From Girardia tigrina (Eukaryota), in the NCBI GenBank assembly GCA_001938485.1, contig MQRK01219511.1, positions 1-49,238 on the forward strand: a DNA stretch of 49,238 bases, in the 5' to 3' direction. Positions 12,724 to 24,147 of the stretch are shown here, in pieces (the stretch's first letter is position 1; each line of letters opens with the position of its first letter). The notes under the pieces are model-generated. The model was not told the origin of the DNA and ran no database searches. It saw nothing but the letters and a program-made list of their open reading frames with translations. The position numbers and the translations under genes were made by a program.

Positions 12724-13047
12724 TCAATACATAAATTTCTCTAAAAGTACAAGTATTCCGCCTGTTAGACTCTGCACGACTAATATCGTTGAGTCGTCCT
12801 CAATATCGTAATATGTGAACAGTTTATCATCTTCCAAAACGAGATCTTGTAAGATAAACTTCACATTATCGGAATTGAACTTCCTCATATCAGATTCATA
12901 TTTTATATTCTCTACTTTTCGAAAGTACAATTTTTTCACTTCCAAAATCGACAGATTATTATTGAATTTTAGAAAGTATGTCTTACCGTTTGGTTTAATA
13001 TCTTTAAATCTCAAATTTAATTGATTATTGTTATTATTATCGGACAT
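12724..13047 (-). CDS. Single-domain ubiquitin-like protein with di-Gly motif and 10-aa C-terminal extension (107 aa)
   Basis: Intact intronless ORF from ATG at 13047. Ubiquitin-fold pattern GKTY.L, ILEVK, FILQDLVLEDDKLFTYYDIEDDSTILVV, then QSLTGG|ILVLLEKFMY. AATAAA on the minus strand at 12642-47. Confidence 0.85.
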   Translation of the reverse strand: MSDNNNNNQLNLRFKDIKPNGKTYFLKFNNNLSILEVKKLYFRKVENIKYESDMRKFNSDNVKFILQDLVLEDDKLFTYYDIEDDSTILVVQSLTGGILVLLEKFMY

Positions 13048-13669
13048 GTAAACAAACCAATTAGAGATTGTATTTATCAATTAAAACAAATCAATCAATA
13101 CGAGATAAATTTTTTGTTGCAAAAAGTTGCAAAACTTATTCTAAAATAGGAAATTATTTTTCAATAATATGCAAATAATTTTCTCTCGATATGGGAAATG
13201 ACTTTCTTAAACATTGTAAGTGATTCGTTTTCTTTAACCTCGATGGAATCCTAATGAAGAAATAGAATTGTTCAAACCTCAGAAAAATAAAAAAAAATCA
13301 TCTAAAAATAGGATAGAATTTGTCCCAACAGGTCGAAGATTTTTTTGAATCTCATGATGTTTAGCAAGAAATTAAAAATAATTAAAAAATATTTTAGAAA
13401 TTTATTTAAATATGAGACAATCCGTAGAAAAGATTTCATACATATATATCGTTCAAAAAGATTAAATATCTTTATCTCATAATCTGAACTAATTTGAACC
13501 AAAATATTCTTTCAAAAATATACAACATTCAAACATAAAACATCAACATTCCTCACAATGTGTATATATCAGTTGCCTGTTATATCGGTATCAGAATAAC
13601 AAAATATACATGACAATATTATTTTTTTGATATTACTAATTTTAGGACCATTTGGTGTCTAATCTCAGA

Positions 13670-13724
13670 GTAAAAGGGGGCCCTGGGCTGCAGCCCATAA
13701 AACCCGTGCCTAAATCCGGCACTG
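13670..13724 (-). mobile_element. Isolated hAT-like terminus
   Basis: Reverse complement reads CAGTGCCGGATTTAGGCACGGG..GGGCTGCAGCCCAGGGCCCC, like hAT MITE ends. No partner end found. Confidence 0.45.
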
Positions 13725-13889
13725 CAAACAGATATTACATTTTAATCACTTTTTTAATCGATTTCAATTCATCCCAAAATAAAACATTTCCCTAATCGAT
13801 TCAAAACACAATTTTTATCGAAACTATCAACTTAATCATCAACAATCACATACATTAACACATAAATTCAAATAAACGGCAAAATTTTA

Positions 13890-15300
13890 CCCGTTACCGT
13901 TTGCATCGATCTGGAATTCAATTGGAAGCCCTGCTAGTGGAGGAACCGAATTTAGAGTTTGTGGTAACACCGGACAACCCAGTTCCGCTAGAGATTTCTG
14001 CAAAAATTTAAATACTCAAATGCGAATAATTATTCATTACTGCTGTGTCATCAGTTTTGGAAAATCTGAGTGACTCATAGTGAATCAGCATGAATAATTT
14101 TCTCGCGACTCAGGATTTCACGAAGCACACGCTGTAATAACAGTAATAATAATCATCAATAGATATGTTGGTGTATTAAAGAGTGATAGAGTTTTTGAGT
14201 TAACAATAAATTAAAAACAAGAAGATTCTTTTTATAGAATATTTTTATTTATGTACAATTACAATTTGATATCTGAAGAATTACAATTCAATATTAACAA
14301 AAACTTAGCCTATTAATGATTTTGTATTTTAGATAGGGTGGGAAGAGGGAGTACTCTTGCCCACAGAAAAGTTTAAGGTATATTAAAAATATATTACGAG
14401 GAAAATAAATAAATGATATAAGTTCGCACTTTTTACTTTTTCTTTTCCGTTTTCAATTTCTCGTACTTTCTTTTTTTTTCTGTCTTTGATAGCTTTTATA
14501 TTTTGCTTTTATATTTTTCTATTTTTTGCGTGGTAGCAGTTGATATAATAACTTTCTTGTAGGTAGCCGTAGTTGATCTAATAACTTTCTTGTAGGTTTG
14601 TGACTACTCACGATAAAATTCTTTCTTGAACTTTAAATTAAGATATAANNNNNNNNNNNNNCTTTTTATAACTTTCTTCCTCTTTTATACTCTTTTTGGT
14701 CTTTTAAATTTTCTTTATTTATTCTTTAATAATTTTAATTATTACTTTCCTTTAAATATTCTAATTTTATTATTAAATTATTTACACATCTATTTGCTTT
14801 TATTCTTATTATTTATAAATATATTATATTTACTAAGATAAATAGGGTAAACAAAATTTATTTAACCCAATGATTTAAACAAAAATACAAAGATTTTACA
14901 TTCACAAATTCTTATACTTAACAGATAATCGAAAAATACTATAATCCAGGATTGTCTACAAACAGTAAAATGGTTTATGATAACCACGCAGGCTGCCAGT
15001 GACAAGAAATAATCGATAAATTTCTCTCACCAGTAGTGACTAGCTGAGAGAAATAAACAATGCAATCAGGCACTTGCAGAACTCACGTATACACTGCAAT
15101 AGGCAGTCAGTTAATTCTTCACGAATCATGAACTTCAGAAACAGAATTTCAATGAATGATAGGGGTAGAATACCAGTGCATGCGTATGAAATGTACACAC
15201 AACAAACACAAATAATCAACAATATCGCAACTGTAGAGAGAACCCGAAATCACCGAGCAACCTGAAGACATTACCTGATATAAATATGGCAGACATTCTT
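13890..15300 (-). pseudogene. Possible degenerate multi-exon gene, hydrophobic/membrane-protein-like, interrupted by a solo LTR
   Basis: Exon-like segments with AG/GT borders (KSLAELGCPVLPQTLNSVPPLAGLPIEFQIDANGNG at ~13890-13997; MLIHYESLRFSKTDDTA). Hydrophobic stretches continue across the LTR insertion. Stops present; no family recognised. Confidence 0.3.
14166..14923. mobile_element. Solo LTR (gypsy-like)
   Basis: TGTT...AACA termini with a 4-bp TSD GATA at 14162-65 and 14924-27. Internal ~30-bp tandem duplication near 14533-14597. Confidence 0.8.
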
Positions 15301-15777
15301 CACATACTGCACAAATATTTACTAAATGTATAAAAACATTTCAAATACATTCCAGGATCGTGCATATTGATAAATTGTAGTCTGTTGATTAAAATTCTTC
15401 TTTAAAATCAAAACAAAACATTTCAATTGATTCTAAATAGAATTTCATCAACAGCACAATATTCCACATTTGCATGTAGAAGTATGCATAATGAGAGAAA
15501 ATAACAATATCATTTCAAACATTTCTCTCATTAACACACTATCACCTTAAAGAGATACTTTCAATAATAATTCAGTACTAAAAGTGGTCTCTCAAAACAC
15601 TACTATTAAACGTAGTGATAAGTTTTATGTCAACTGAGAAGCACCGTTCTTCAGTCTCAATTAATTTAAGAGATATATAAATATGAATTATTATTTTAAT
15701 ATATTAATGATTATAAAGTTTATAAATTTTAAATATGTAGATTTTAAAAGGAAAAATTCTAAAGAAAAAAATACAAG

Positions 15778-16225
15778 TGTAACGTCCCACCGATGCGCAA
15801 ATTATTACTCCTTGCCAAGAACAACAATTAATCTCGGGGAAATCTTCTTCACGTTAACTTAGGATCGGAATTTAAATTCAATCTTCTCAACAGATTAGAT
15901 CAGAATTCAAGGTTCAATCTTCTCAATGAATTAAATCGGAATTCAGAAATCAACCTTCTAGATTTGGATCGGAATCTATGTAAAAAATAAAAGATGTGAC
16001 GCTTGTTATTTATTTGCCTGGCTTTTTATAATTCTACCAAAGCGCATGGCTCGCAAGAAAATATTGAAAACGCGTAGCTTAAGCGTATAAGAAAGATCGC
16101 GTGGCTCATGAGGGACGCGTAGATTGAAAACGCGTAGCGTAAAAGAAGTATACTGCCACCGCAAAAACAAAAATACGCGGCCACCGCAATGGACGCACTA
16201 TGCGTGACAAGGGCGCATAGTGCGT
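15778..16225. repeat. LTR-like segment with internal repeats and a terminal hairpin
   Basis: Starts TGTAACG and has CGTGACA at 16203-09. About three ~33-bp ATC(G/A)GAATT..TCAA(T/C)CTTCT units (15863-15976), clustered CGCGT(A/G)G motifs, and a perfect 12-bp inverted repeat at 16193-16225. No TSD. Confidence 0.45.
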
Positions 16226-16841
16226 AACGAAATATAATAATAATTTCAATAAGATTTTAAATAAATAATATATATAAAATTTAAATTTATTTTAAATAAA
16301 ATTATAAATAACAAATATAACTAAAATTTATAACAAAAACATAAAACCAAATATAATAATAAAAAACAAGGCATAAATAATAAGGTAAATTCACATAATA
16401 AATTAATAATATTTACATAACTGAAATTTATCAAAAGGAAAATAAAATAATAAAATTCACACAACAAAATTATATTTTATATAACACCAACATATTTTTA
16501 CTCTACATTTTTTTCAAATTAAAAAAATAATAAACTATTTTGGTGAAACATAAATTTAAACTAACCCCTCATATGGTGAACGATATTCGGAGATCTTCCA
16601 GCAGAATAGTGTATTTTATCGTTTCGCGATTAATTTAATTAATTTATTTTATTTATTTAAATTACTTGTTTATTTTTTTAATTTAATGATTTTATTTAAT
16701 TTATTTATTTTAATTTAATTGCTTTATTCACATTTACTTTTATTTATTGAATTTACAAAATGGGCTGAAGTAAGAGTCAAAGGAAATCTCAACACGAACA
16801 CCGAGTACGATTTAGTTTTATTTGTGGTGTGATTCCCAACC

Positions 16842-17502
16842 TGTATCGTGAATCTAACCTATAACTTTGTTCAGTACTAGTAAATAAATCTATAATAATA
16901 ATGTAACTAAATGATTATCGTTTATTTCGCCAAAAAACTTATTTTCTACAATTAATAAATAATCGAATCTTAAGAGCAAATGTCATTGTGGGGGTGATGT
17001 GGATCACGCCATCAATGTGTGTTACTCCGGGTTATCGTCATTTACTAGCGTTATGAGGCATTGAATTTATGTTAAGATACCCAACTTCTAAAGAGTTTAA
17101 TTTAATATAATTTTCGTAATTTAAATCGTTAACGTATTTATATTGGTTCTAATAATCATGTCTTAATTTCTTAAATCATATAATTCCAATTATAATAATA
17201 ATTAAACGTTGCATTGGATATCGAAGGTGATGTTCAGTGTTCCGTCGTGGCCCGTACATTCGGCACAATGGTTATTTGTCTTTGAGATAGCGTATTGTGA
17301 ATAAAGTAGCTGAAGAAATATATCCCATAGACACTGAGTCACAGACCCGGCCGTACTCGTTGTTGGTTTGAACCCGAAGACAACTCGAAGTTTGGCATTA
17401 TTTGTAGATGTAAAATGGAGAGTCCTAGTTCACTGGAACAGCCTAATTGTGAACCGGTCGAGGACAGAAATAATAGAAGATTTTGAAGGGTGGTACCCGA
17501 CA
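16842..17502. mobile_element. Divergent LTR-like element (copy E of the structured-terminus family)
   Basis: TGT...CGACA ends. Contains CTGAG..TACTCGTT..GGTTTGAACCCGAAG (17335-17380), shared with copies A-D. Flanks share ACC(T), an imperfect TSD. Confidence 0.55.
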
Positions 17503-18940
17503 ACCTGTGGGCTCAGGGCCTTGAGTAACGAATTGAGAACTTAGTTTTCATATCTCCAAAAACTTGACTTGACAGATATAATGAAAAAATTTTGTAAAAA
17601 ATATAGTTTTATATCAGAATCATATGATCTGCAAATAGTTGAAAATAATGAAGATCGAAAATTCCGAGCCCTAAACAGTGTTAAGACCAATTCTGTTTCC
17701 ATTGAGCATACCCTTAAGAACATGGTCGCACTAACTTTCAAGCTAATTGGTATTACAACAGAAATCGAAAGCGCTAATACAGAATCAGCAAGGGGTATTC
17801 TTGAAGCCTATGAAGAACTGATCTATTGACGTTCTGGTGTCCAGTTCTCAGAAGCCACCTAGCTTTTCAAAGCATTGAAGGAGGCTTTTCGGAGTTTCTT
17901 ATCTGGATTACAAATGTGAAGTCTCTAACTATCTTCTTCAGGACATTTAAAAGACAACGAAACTCCAACATCATTTTTAGCCCGATGGTGAAACATTTCC
18001 CTGCTCAATACAAAGTTTGATTTGTGGAGAACATAGTCAACCTTTTAACGGTTATCCATCATGATCTTCACAGTTGCACGGAAGTTTAGAAGTTTTTAGA
18101 AGTGGAAGTCGAATCAAAAACCGAGAGAGCAATAGCATGGGGATATTTGAAGACATTGGTGTATGAATCGCAGCAAGTTTGGCTTACTGGTATCATAGTT
18201 GATATTTTGAAAATATTTCATGATTTGCAAAAGCATGTATAGCTTAGCAACCTAATTCTACCAGAGGTAATAAGCAATAGAGATAAGGTACTTAGTAAAT
18301 TAGACTTTTTATCCAAAGCCCTCTATCCTGGTGGAGAGGAAGAGAAATTATAGCCAACAGGAAACAGAAACTCCACTTTAAGAGCTGTCAACATGAATGT
18401 GCTAACCACAGTAAATCATGATGCGGTGCGCCTCGAAATTGTACAATCGGCATATAATTATCTTATAGAGTGGTTTGATGTGGATCAAGAAGTAATCCGA
18501 GACATGTTAGCTGTTTTGCAAACAGCATAATTCAAAGCATTTATTATGGAAGAAGTGAAAATAATATGTTTGTTTCCAGAAGAATTCCAGGCTTGGAAAT
18601 ACTTTACCCACAATGACGTTGAAAACTTTGCTTCAGCTCTGCAGCGGTGTAATTTAAAAAGTAATATTGTCTTAGGAAACACTCACTCCTTACATCATGC
18701 TTGCAGAGAGACTTGTTTCTTTATACAACTTGAATTTTTAATCACATCGCATGAACATCTCAGCTGAGAGAGCCATCTCTTCCATCATGATCGGAATGAA
18801 TGACGAGGGGACATGTCTGTTTGATCCTCGCAGTACTGTGGTAGAGTTTTTATGGGTTGAAAAAAGTCGAGAAAGAAACCAAACCCTGGGTATTTCTTTA
18901 GAAAGAGACTTTGTTGCAAATTCTTTTTCCAAAAAGTAAC
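17503..18940 (+). pseudogene. hAT (ZNF862-like) transposase relic
   Basis: LIGITT..SANT..G (DG.S.N.G region), FWCPVLRSHLAF (CxxH region) and a dimerisation-like SAERAISSIM..N.EG..FDPR..VVEFL. Many stops. Confidence 0.65.
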
Positions 18941-19094
18941 AGGAGTTGATGTGTCGTGTAATATAACACGTGTTGAGCTGTTGAAAAAATGTTATGGGTC
19001 AGGTCACTTGTGCATGTTCTTTTAAACTTGAGAACACTTGATAAACAAACTGTTCGAAATAGGAAAAACCATTATAAAAACAGGAACAAATAAC

Positions 19095-20193
19095 TGTTAC
19101 GACACGAATACGATTATATGACACTGAGAAAACCCTACTTCACGTACAACATCCAGCACGCATGAAAACCTTGTCGAGAGTTTGAAGGGATAATCAAATT
19201 ATTCTTTCCCTTCCTTTCCTTTTCATCTATTTTTTCCCTTCAATCATTCCGTTTAATCACTTTATTATTTAATTAATTATTTAAATTAACCCGCTCCATG
19301 TGGTCCTTTTATTTAATTTATACGTAGTAATATGTTGTTTTGCATTTTCTTTTGAGTGGGATTTTAAAATAAATAATCTTTCGGATATCTATACATGCGG
19401 ACGTTTGTATTCAACTTTTGGTTATACAAGTTATTAGTTACAATTATCTATGACAATTGAGAGCAAGACTACGAACCATAATCCATAACATGAATTTAAA
19501 CTCAGCAAAGTACAAGAATGGCACGAGCTTAAAAGTCGAGGAGCATAAAATAACATGAGCTTAAAATCAGAAGAGAAAAGATGATAGGAATTGAGAATCA
19601 GGCTAAAAGGAGACAAGAGTACGAAAGCCGAAAGTGGTATAAACGAACATGAGACTGACGAGAGTGAATGTAAACTCATATGTAAACTTGAACACATATA
19701 TTAGATTTAGATAAAATAATTAATTTCAATTCAAGATTGGCAAATGCAGTGACATATTTATAACGTTGTGAGGGATTTAATGGATTCGAGTATTAAAATA
19801 ACGGCACATGGTTGACTGAGGCGAGGAACCTTCTGGAGGTGACGCAGGCCGACCGCAGAATACGAGGGGCACGCGGATTGTCCGAGGTTTACTTCCTTAG
19901 GGCTCTCTTCGTCCAATATAACTAATAACAAATATTCAAACAACAATAAAAGTTTAATATCAGCCCCGTCGGATACTGAGACCACCAGTCGGGCAATACT
20001 AGTTACTGGTTTGAACCCGAAGGCGCTCCAAAGCGCATACAATTTGTTTGTATACGTGGAGGAGTGCGTCTGTTCCCTTAACAGTGGATAATTACCGAGA
20101 GGAATACGACGTACATGGGAGTTACCATTGAACTCTAAAACTGATGGGGGCTCTGAGTCCACGAAAATGTTGTCGAGAAAGGGTAACACGACA
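19095..20193. mobile_element. Solo-LTR-like element, short form (copy A)
   Basis: TGTTACGA...CACGACA ends with a 4-bp TSD TAAC at 19091-94 and 20194-97. Conserved terminal block at 19820-20193. Confidence 0.88.
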
Positions 20194-20532
20194 TAACTGT
20201 TTTCCACCGAAAAAAGTTACTGTATTTTGGCACATGACCATTCCAGATTGCTTGTGCTACGAGTGAATATTTTTGAAAGAAAGCCTTGTCATATAAGATA
20301 CATATTAAATACATCATGTACACCAACTTATCACCTGGTATTTAGTACGTCCAAAATTGTGCCAAAGTTATAAATCAACGTTGAATATTCACTATTTTTT
20401 CGATCCAAACTTTAATAAAAATTAGAAATGTTTCGCAAAACGTATGTTGTACAAATCTTGTTATAATTAATACAAAAAAACTTTATTCATAAAAACAAAA
20501 TAACGTTAAAACTTGCCGATTTACAAAGCAGT

Positions 20533-21804
20533 TCATTTAGGTAACATGTTAATAGTATCTTCCTCATCAATATCGTAATATGATAATTTCTCGTCATCAT
20601 TTAAAATAATGCTATTAAATATAAATTGAATTCTGTTGGAATCGGTGTTCTGTTTGTTCATTTTCTTTATCAATTCCGATTTCACTTTCGAGATTATAGC
20701 GTCTCTGAATACCGTCATTTTATAAGATTTTGATGAATAAACGTCTCTGAAGAAAATCGAAACACTAGGGATATGTTTCGTCTTCAAAACGACCATTATA
20801 ATATCTCCATCGGAAATATTGTAATGTGATAATGTGTCAACGTCTATCAATAATTTTCCTTGAAAAACTAAATCTAAATTATTTGTATCAAATTGTCTGT
20901 TGTCGCTATTTATTTTTTTTAACAACTCCGATTTTGCGTACGAAATCAATCCAGTTTTGGGTAAACTTAACGTATATAGTGTTGATGAACGTATTTCTTT
21001 GAAACTAACTGAAATATGTTCGATATGTTTCATCTTCATAACAACCATTACTGTGTCTTCATCACCGATATTATAATGCAACAGTGTTCTATCATCATTT
21101 AATAAAGTTCCTTGAAAAACTAAAGCCATATCAGAATCAAAGCCTCTTTTTACGATATCATCACGTATTATTTTCAACAACGCCGATTTCACATTTGACA
21201 CAACAGTATTTTCTGGTAAATTTAATTCATAAACCTTTAATGATTTTGTTTCTTTAAGGAAAAATGTAATGCTTCTAACACTCTTAATTTTCCTGACCAT
21301 AATCACCAAATCTCTGTCGTTGATATCGTAATACGACAATGTCTTATCATTGGCCAATAAAGTTCCTTGAAAAACTAAATCAAATGTTTCACTTTTAAAG
21401 TTTCTTTGATCATTACTCATTACCTTTTCTAATTCCGATTTTACGTAGGATATTAAATTCGTGTTCATGAATGATAATGTATAAGTTTTAGTTGAGGTAA
21501 TTTCTCGGAAATTGAGTGAAACATCATTAGATGTTATAATTTTATTGATCATTATTATCGTATCACCATCGCCGATTTCGTACGACAAGAGCGATTCACT
21601 GTCGATCAATACATTTCCTTGAAAAATCAACACCAGTATATCATAAGTTAACTTACTATCAGTAATACTCATTTTAGTAATTAATTCTGATTTTAAATTC
21701 CGTACTAAGCTATTGTAAGGTAAATTTACCGAGTACACTTTATTTGAACTTCTTTCGCTTAGAAAAAGATTAATATTTTTGTTACTGTTCTGTCTTGAAG
21801 TCAT
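20533..21804 (-). CDS. Penta-ubiquitin-like tandem protein lacking di-Gly motifs (423 aa from first ATG)
   Basis: Uninterrupted ORF with five ~84-aa repeats. Each has a KS(E/A)L helix and an LVFQG.LL.D..TL..Y.I.D.D-like motif (more diverged in repeat 5) matching ubiquitin LIFAGKQLEDGRTLSDYNI. AATAAA on the minus strand at 20482-87. The ORF-track start at 21834 is GTG within a GTGAGT donor-like site. Confidence 0.92.
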   Translation of the reverse strand: MTSRQNSNKNINLFLSERSSNKVYSVNLPYNSLVRNLKSELITKMSITDSKLTYDILVLIFQGNVLIDSESLLSYEIGDGDTIIMINKIITSNDVSLNFREITSTKTYTLSFMNTNLISYVKSELEKVMSNDQRNFKSETFDLVFQGTLLANDKTLSYYDINDRDLVIMVRKIKSVRSITFFLKETKSLKVYELNLPENTVVSNVKSALLKIIRDDIVKRGFDSDMALVFQGTLLNDDRTLLHYNIGDEDTVMVVMKMKHIEHISVSFKEIRSSTLYTLSLPKTGLISYAKSELLKKINSDNRQFDTNNLDLVFQGKLLIDVDTLSHYNISDGDIIMVVLKTKHIPSVSIFFRDVYSSKSYKMTVFRDAIISKVKSELIKKMNKQNTDSNRIQFIFNSIILNDDEKLSYYDIDEEDTINMLPK

Positions 21805-23917
21805 AAATACGGACTGATCATTTAATCTACTCACATAATATTATTGTTTATTTCTAAATTTGATAATTGGTATTAACACGCACATTTTAGTAAACAATAA
21901 AACTGACTCGTATCATATATTTCAAATCAATTAAAGAAAAATTAAATGATCTTTATTAAAAATCTCTGATTTCCTTGTTATTTCATTTTCATTATTATAT
22001 GATATCGTGGAACCAAATTTAGAAAATAATAAATTATTTTGTATTTGTTGATTTGTTAATAAATGTGAAATTTTAAACAAACGATTTTTGAGATATTAAA
22101 TATTACTTGAAAAATCAATAATTAATTTTAAAATAATAATTAATTAATTTTGCTTAATTAACTTGGATAAATTTTACAATTTTGAAAAAAATATATTTAA
22201 AATAATTTTTTTCAATGTTTGTTTATAATTTTTTTTGACTGAATCAATAAATTTAAAATTAGAGAAAATTTTTAGTTGATTTAGATTATTAGGCAAACTA
22301 ATTTGAAAAATTATGTATCTACTTATAATTGTCGGAAAATTCAAATTTGAAATGAGTTTCGAATCGAAATAAAAAATTACATTGTCGACGGATAGTTTAC
22401 TGAACGAGTCGATGAAAAATTGTAACAATTAAACACTTTCGTTTTGTATTATGAATTTAATAGAGTATAACTTGACCGCTTTTTATTAGCGAAATAAAAC
22501 AGCAAATACCCAGCTCTTCAAAGAAATGTTTATTAACCATAAAGTTTATGGCATAAACGAGTTATTAAATATTCAAGTGATCTGAATTTTCAATCGATTG
22601 TTCATTTAATTCACGAATGTTATAATAGTGTCAATGAAGTACATTTGTCAAATGGTCGATGTAGTTAAAAATATCAAGTTTTTTCTCAGTCTTTCCGATT
22701 CTAATTCGTAATATCTCTATCCGATGGCACCATAAACTCGTTCGGCAGTTGTGGTGTGTTTGTTTATGTATCATTTGTGTAATTAGCGTGTCTGCCACTT
22801 ACAGTATTATCAAATTCCGAAATCATAATTTAACACCACAAAATTTATTTAAATTTATTTCATAAATTTTATTAAAATATATCGATTGTTATTACTGTAA
22901 GCATATTTTAAATAAGTATTTATTTTTATCATATTTTTACTCTAAATTTTAGTTTTTTAATTTATTTCTTTTAAATTTTCAAATTAAAAAATAAAAAACT
23001 ATTCTGACGAACCTTAAATTTAAACTAACCCCTTATAATTTGAATTTTAATATTTTATTCACAAAAAGTGTCATCTACACAAACCAGTCAGGAAGAGTCA
23101 ATATGGATTACGACAAAAAATAACAGACAGAGCACATACACATCCTATATGACACCCGATTACACCACCTTATCGAGAGAAAAATACTTGTAAACAAAGA
23201 TTTGCATTTCACAGTCAAATGACACACATAATTTTCAAAGCAATTTTCATACAATTTTAATACTACAAATCCGGACCACAGAATTTTGAGATTCAATTTT
23301 CCTTTCAACGACATCATTTTATTAAAATTTTTGTGAACCGTTCTAGCGTGCAAGAATATCATTTTAATCGGTGAAAAATCTTACCATCGACGTTCTACAC
23401 CAGTATCATTCCAGAAGTGCTCTAATTCAACTGCTAATTGTATCCAGCAAACCTAGATGGCTATATCATTTTGGTTATATCATATAATCACTAGGACCCT
23501 TTATAACTAAAACACTATCACTAAGGCGCTTAATCATTAAGAATCTTAATCACTAGACGTCTATTCACGTAATCCATTAATTAATGTTCAAACAAGCCTC
23601 TGTTCTATTTTGTTAAAAATATTCTATTAGTTATTACACAATTTAATTACACAATCACAATATAAATAAATAAATAAGGAGGTGCAATTATTGATTAAAT
23701 AAATTACTTAATTTTTAAAAGTAAGTGGGATGTTTCCATTTATTTTTTAATTTAAAATTTTTCAAAAATCGTTCTCCTTTATATGACGGAGAAAAAAGTG
23801 AAATTCAGCAAAACGTCAAAAAACAACTGCTTCATAATGAATTAAAAATTTTATCAAAATTGAAAAATAAATAAAATCAGATGTTTTAATAAAAAAATTT
23901 AATATAACAGCTATATA

Positions 23918-23953
<36 letters not shown>

Positions 23954-24022
23954 NNNNNNNNNNNNNNNNNNNNNNNNNNNNNNNNNNNNNNNNNNNNNNN
24001 NNNATATATATATATATATATA
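23918..24022. repeat. (CA)n-(TA)n microsatellite with assembly gap
   Basis: Seen directly. Confidence 0.95.
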
Positions 24023-24147
24023 TGTTGGAATTGAAAAGAATTTGTGATTTAAAATTCGTTTGTTTAAACAAATCAGTTTGTTAATGTTTGAGATTGCTAA
24101 TAAAGTTTATCGATTAATTTATTGCATTTATTTCTTGAATTATTTCA

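Noticed and set aside
19758-20207. 149-aa minus-strand ORF over the conserved LTR block
   Set aside because: It begins outside the element, and the homologous copies B, C and D carry indels and stops in this frame, so the conservation is not protein-coding.
21805-21834. ORF-track N-terminal extensions of the UBL genes (here and 13048-13080)
   Set aside because: They start at GTG/TTG codons, which are unlikely starts in a eukaryote; the first in-frame ATGs were used instead.
22174-22428. Many 60-90-aa F/I/L/N/K-rich ORFs (also 13302, 14626, 25184, 34861)
   Set aside because: Their composition reflects AT-rich non-coding DNA or antisense shadows; no motifs.
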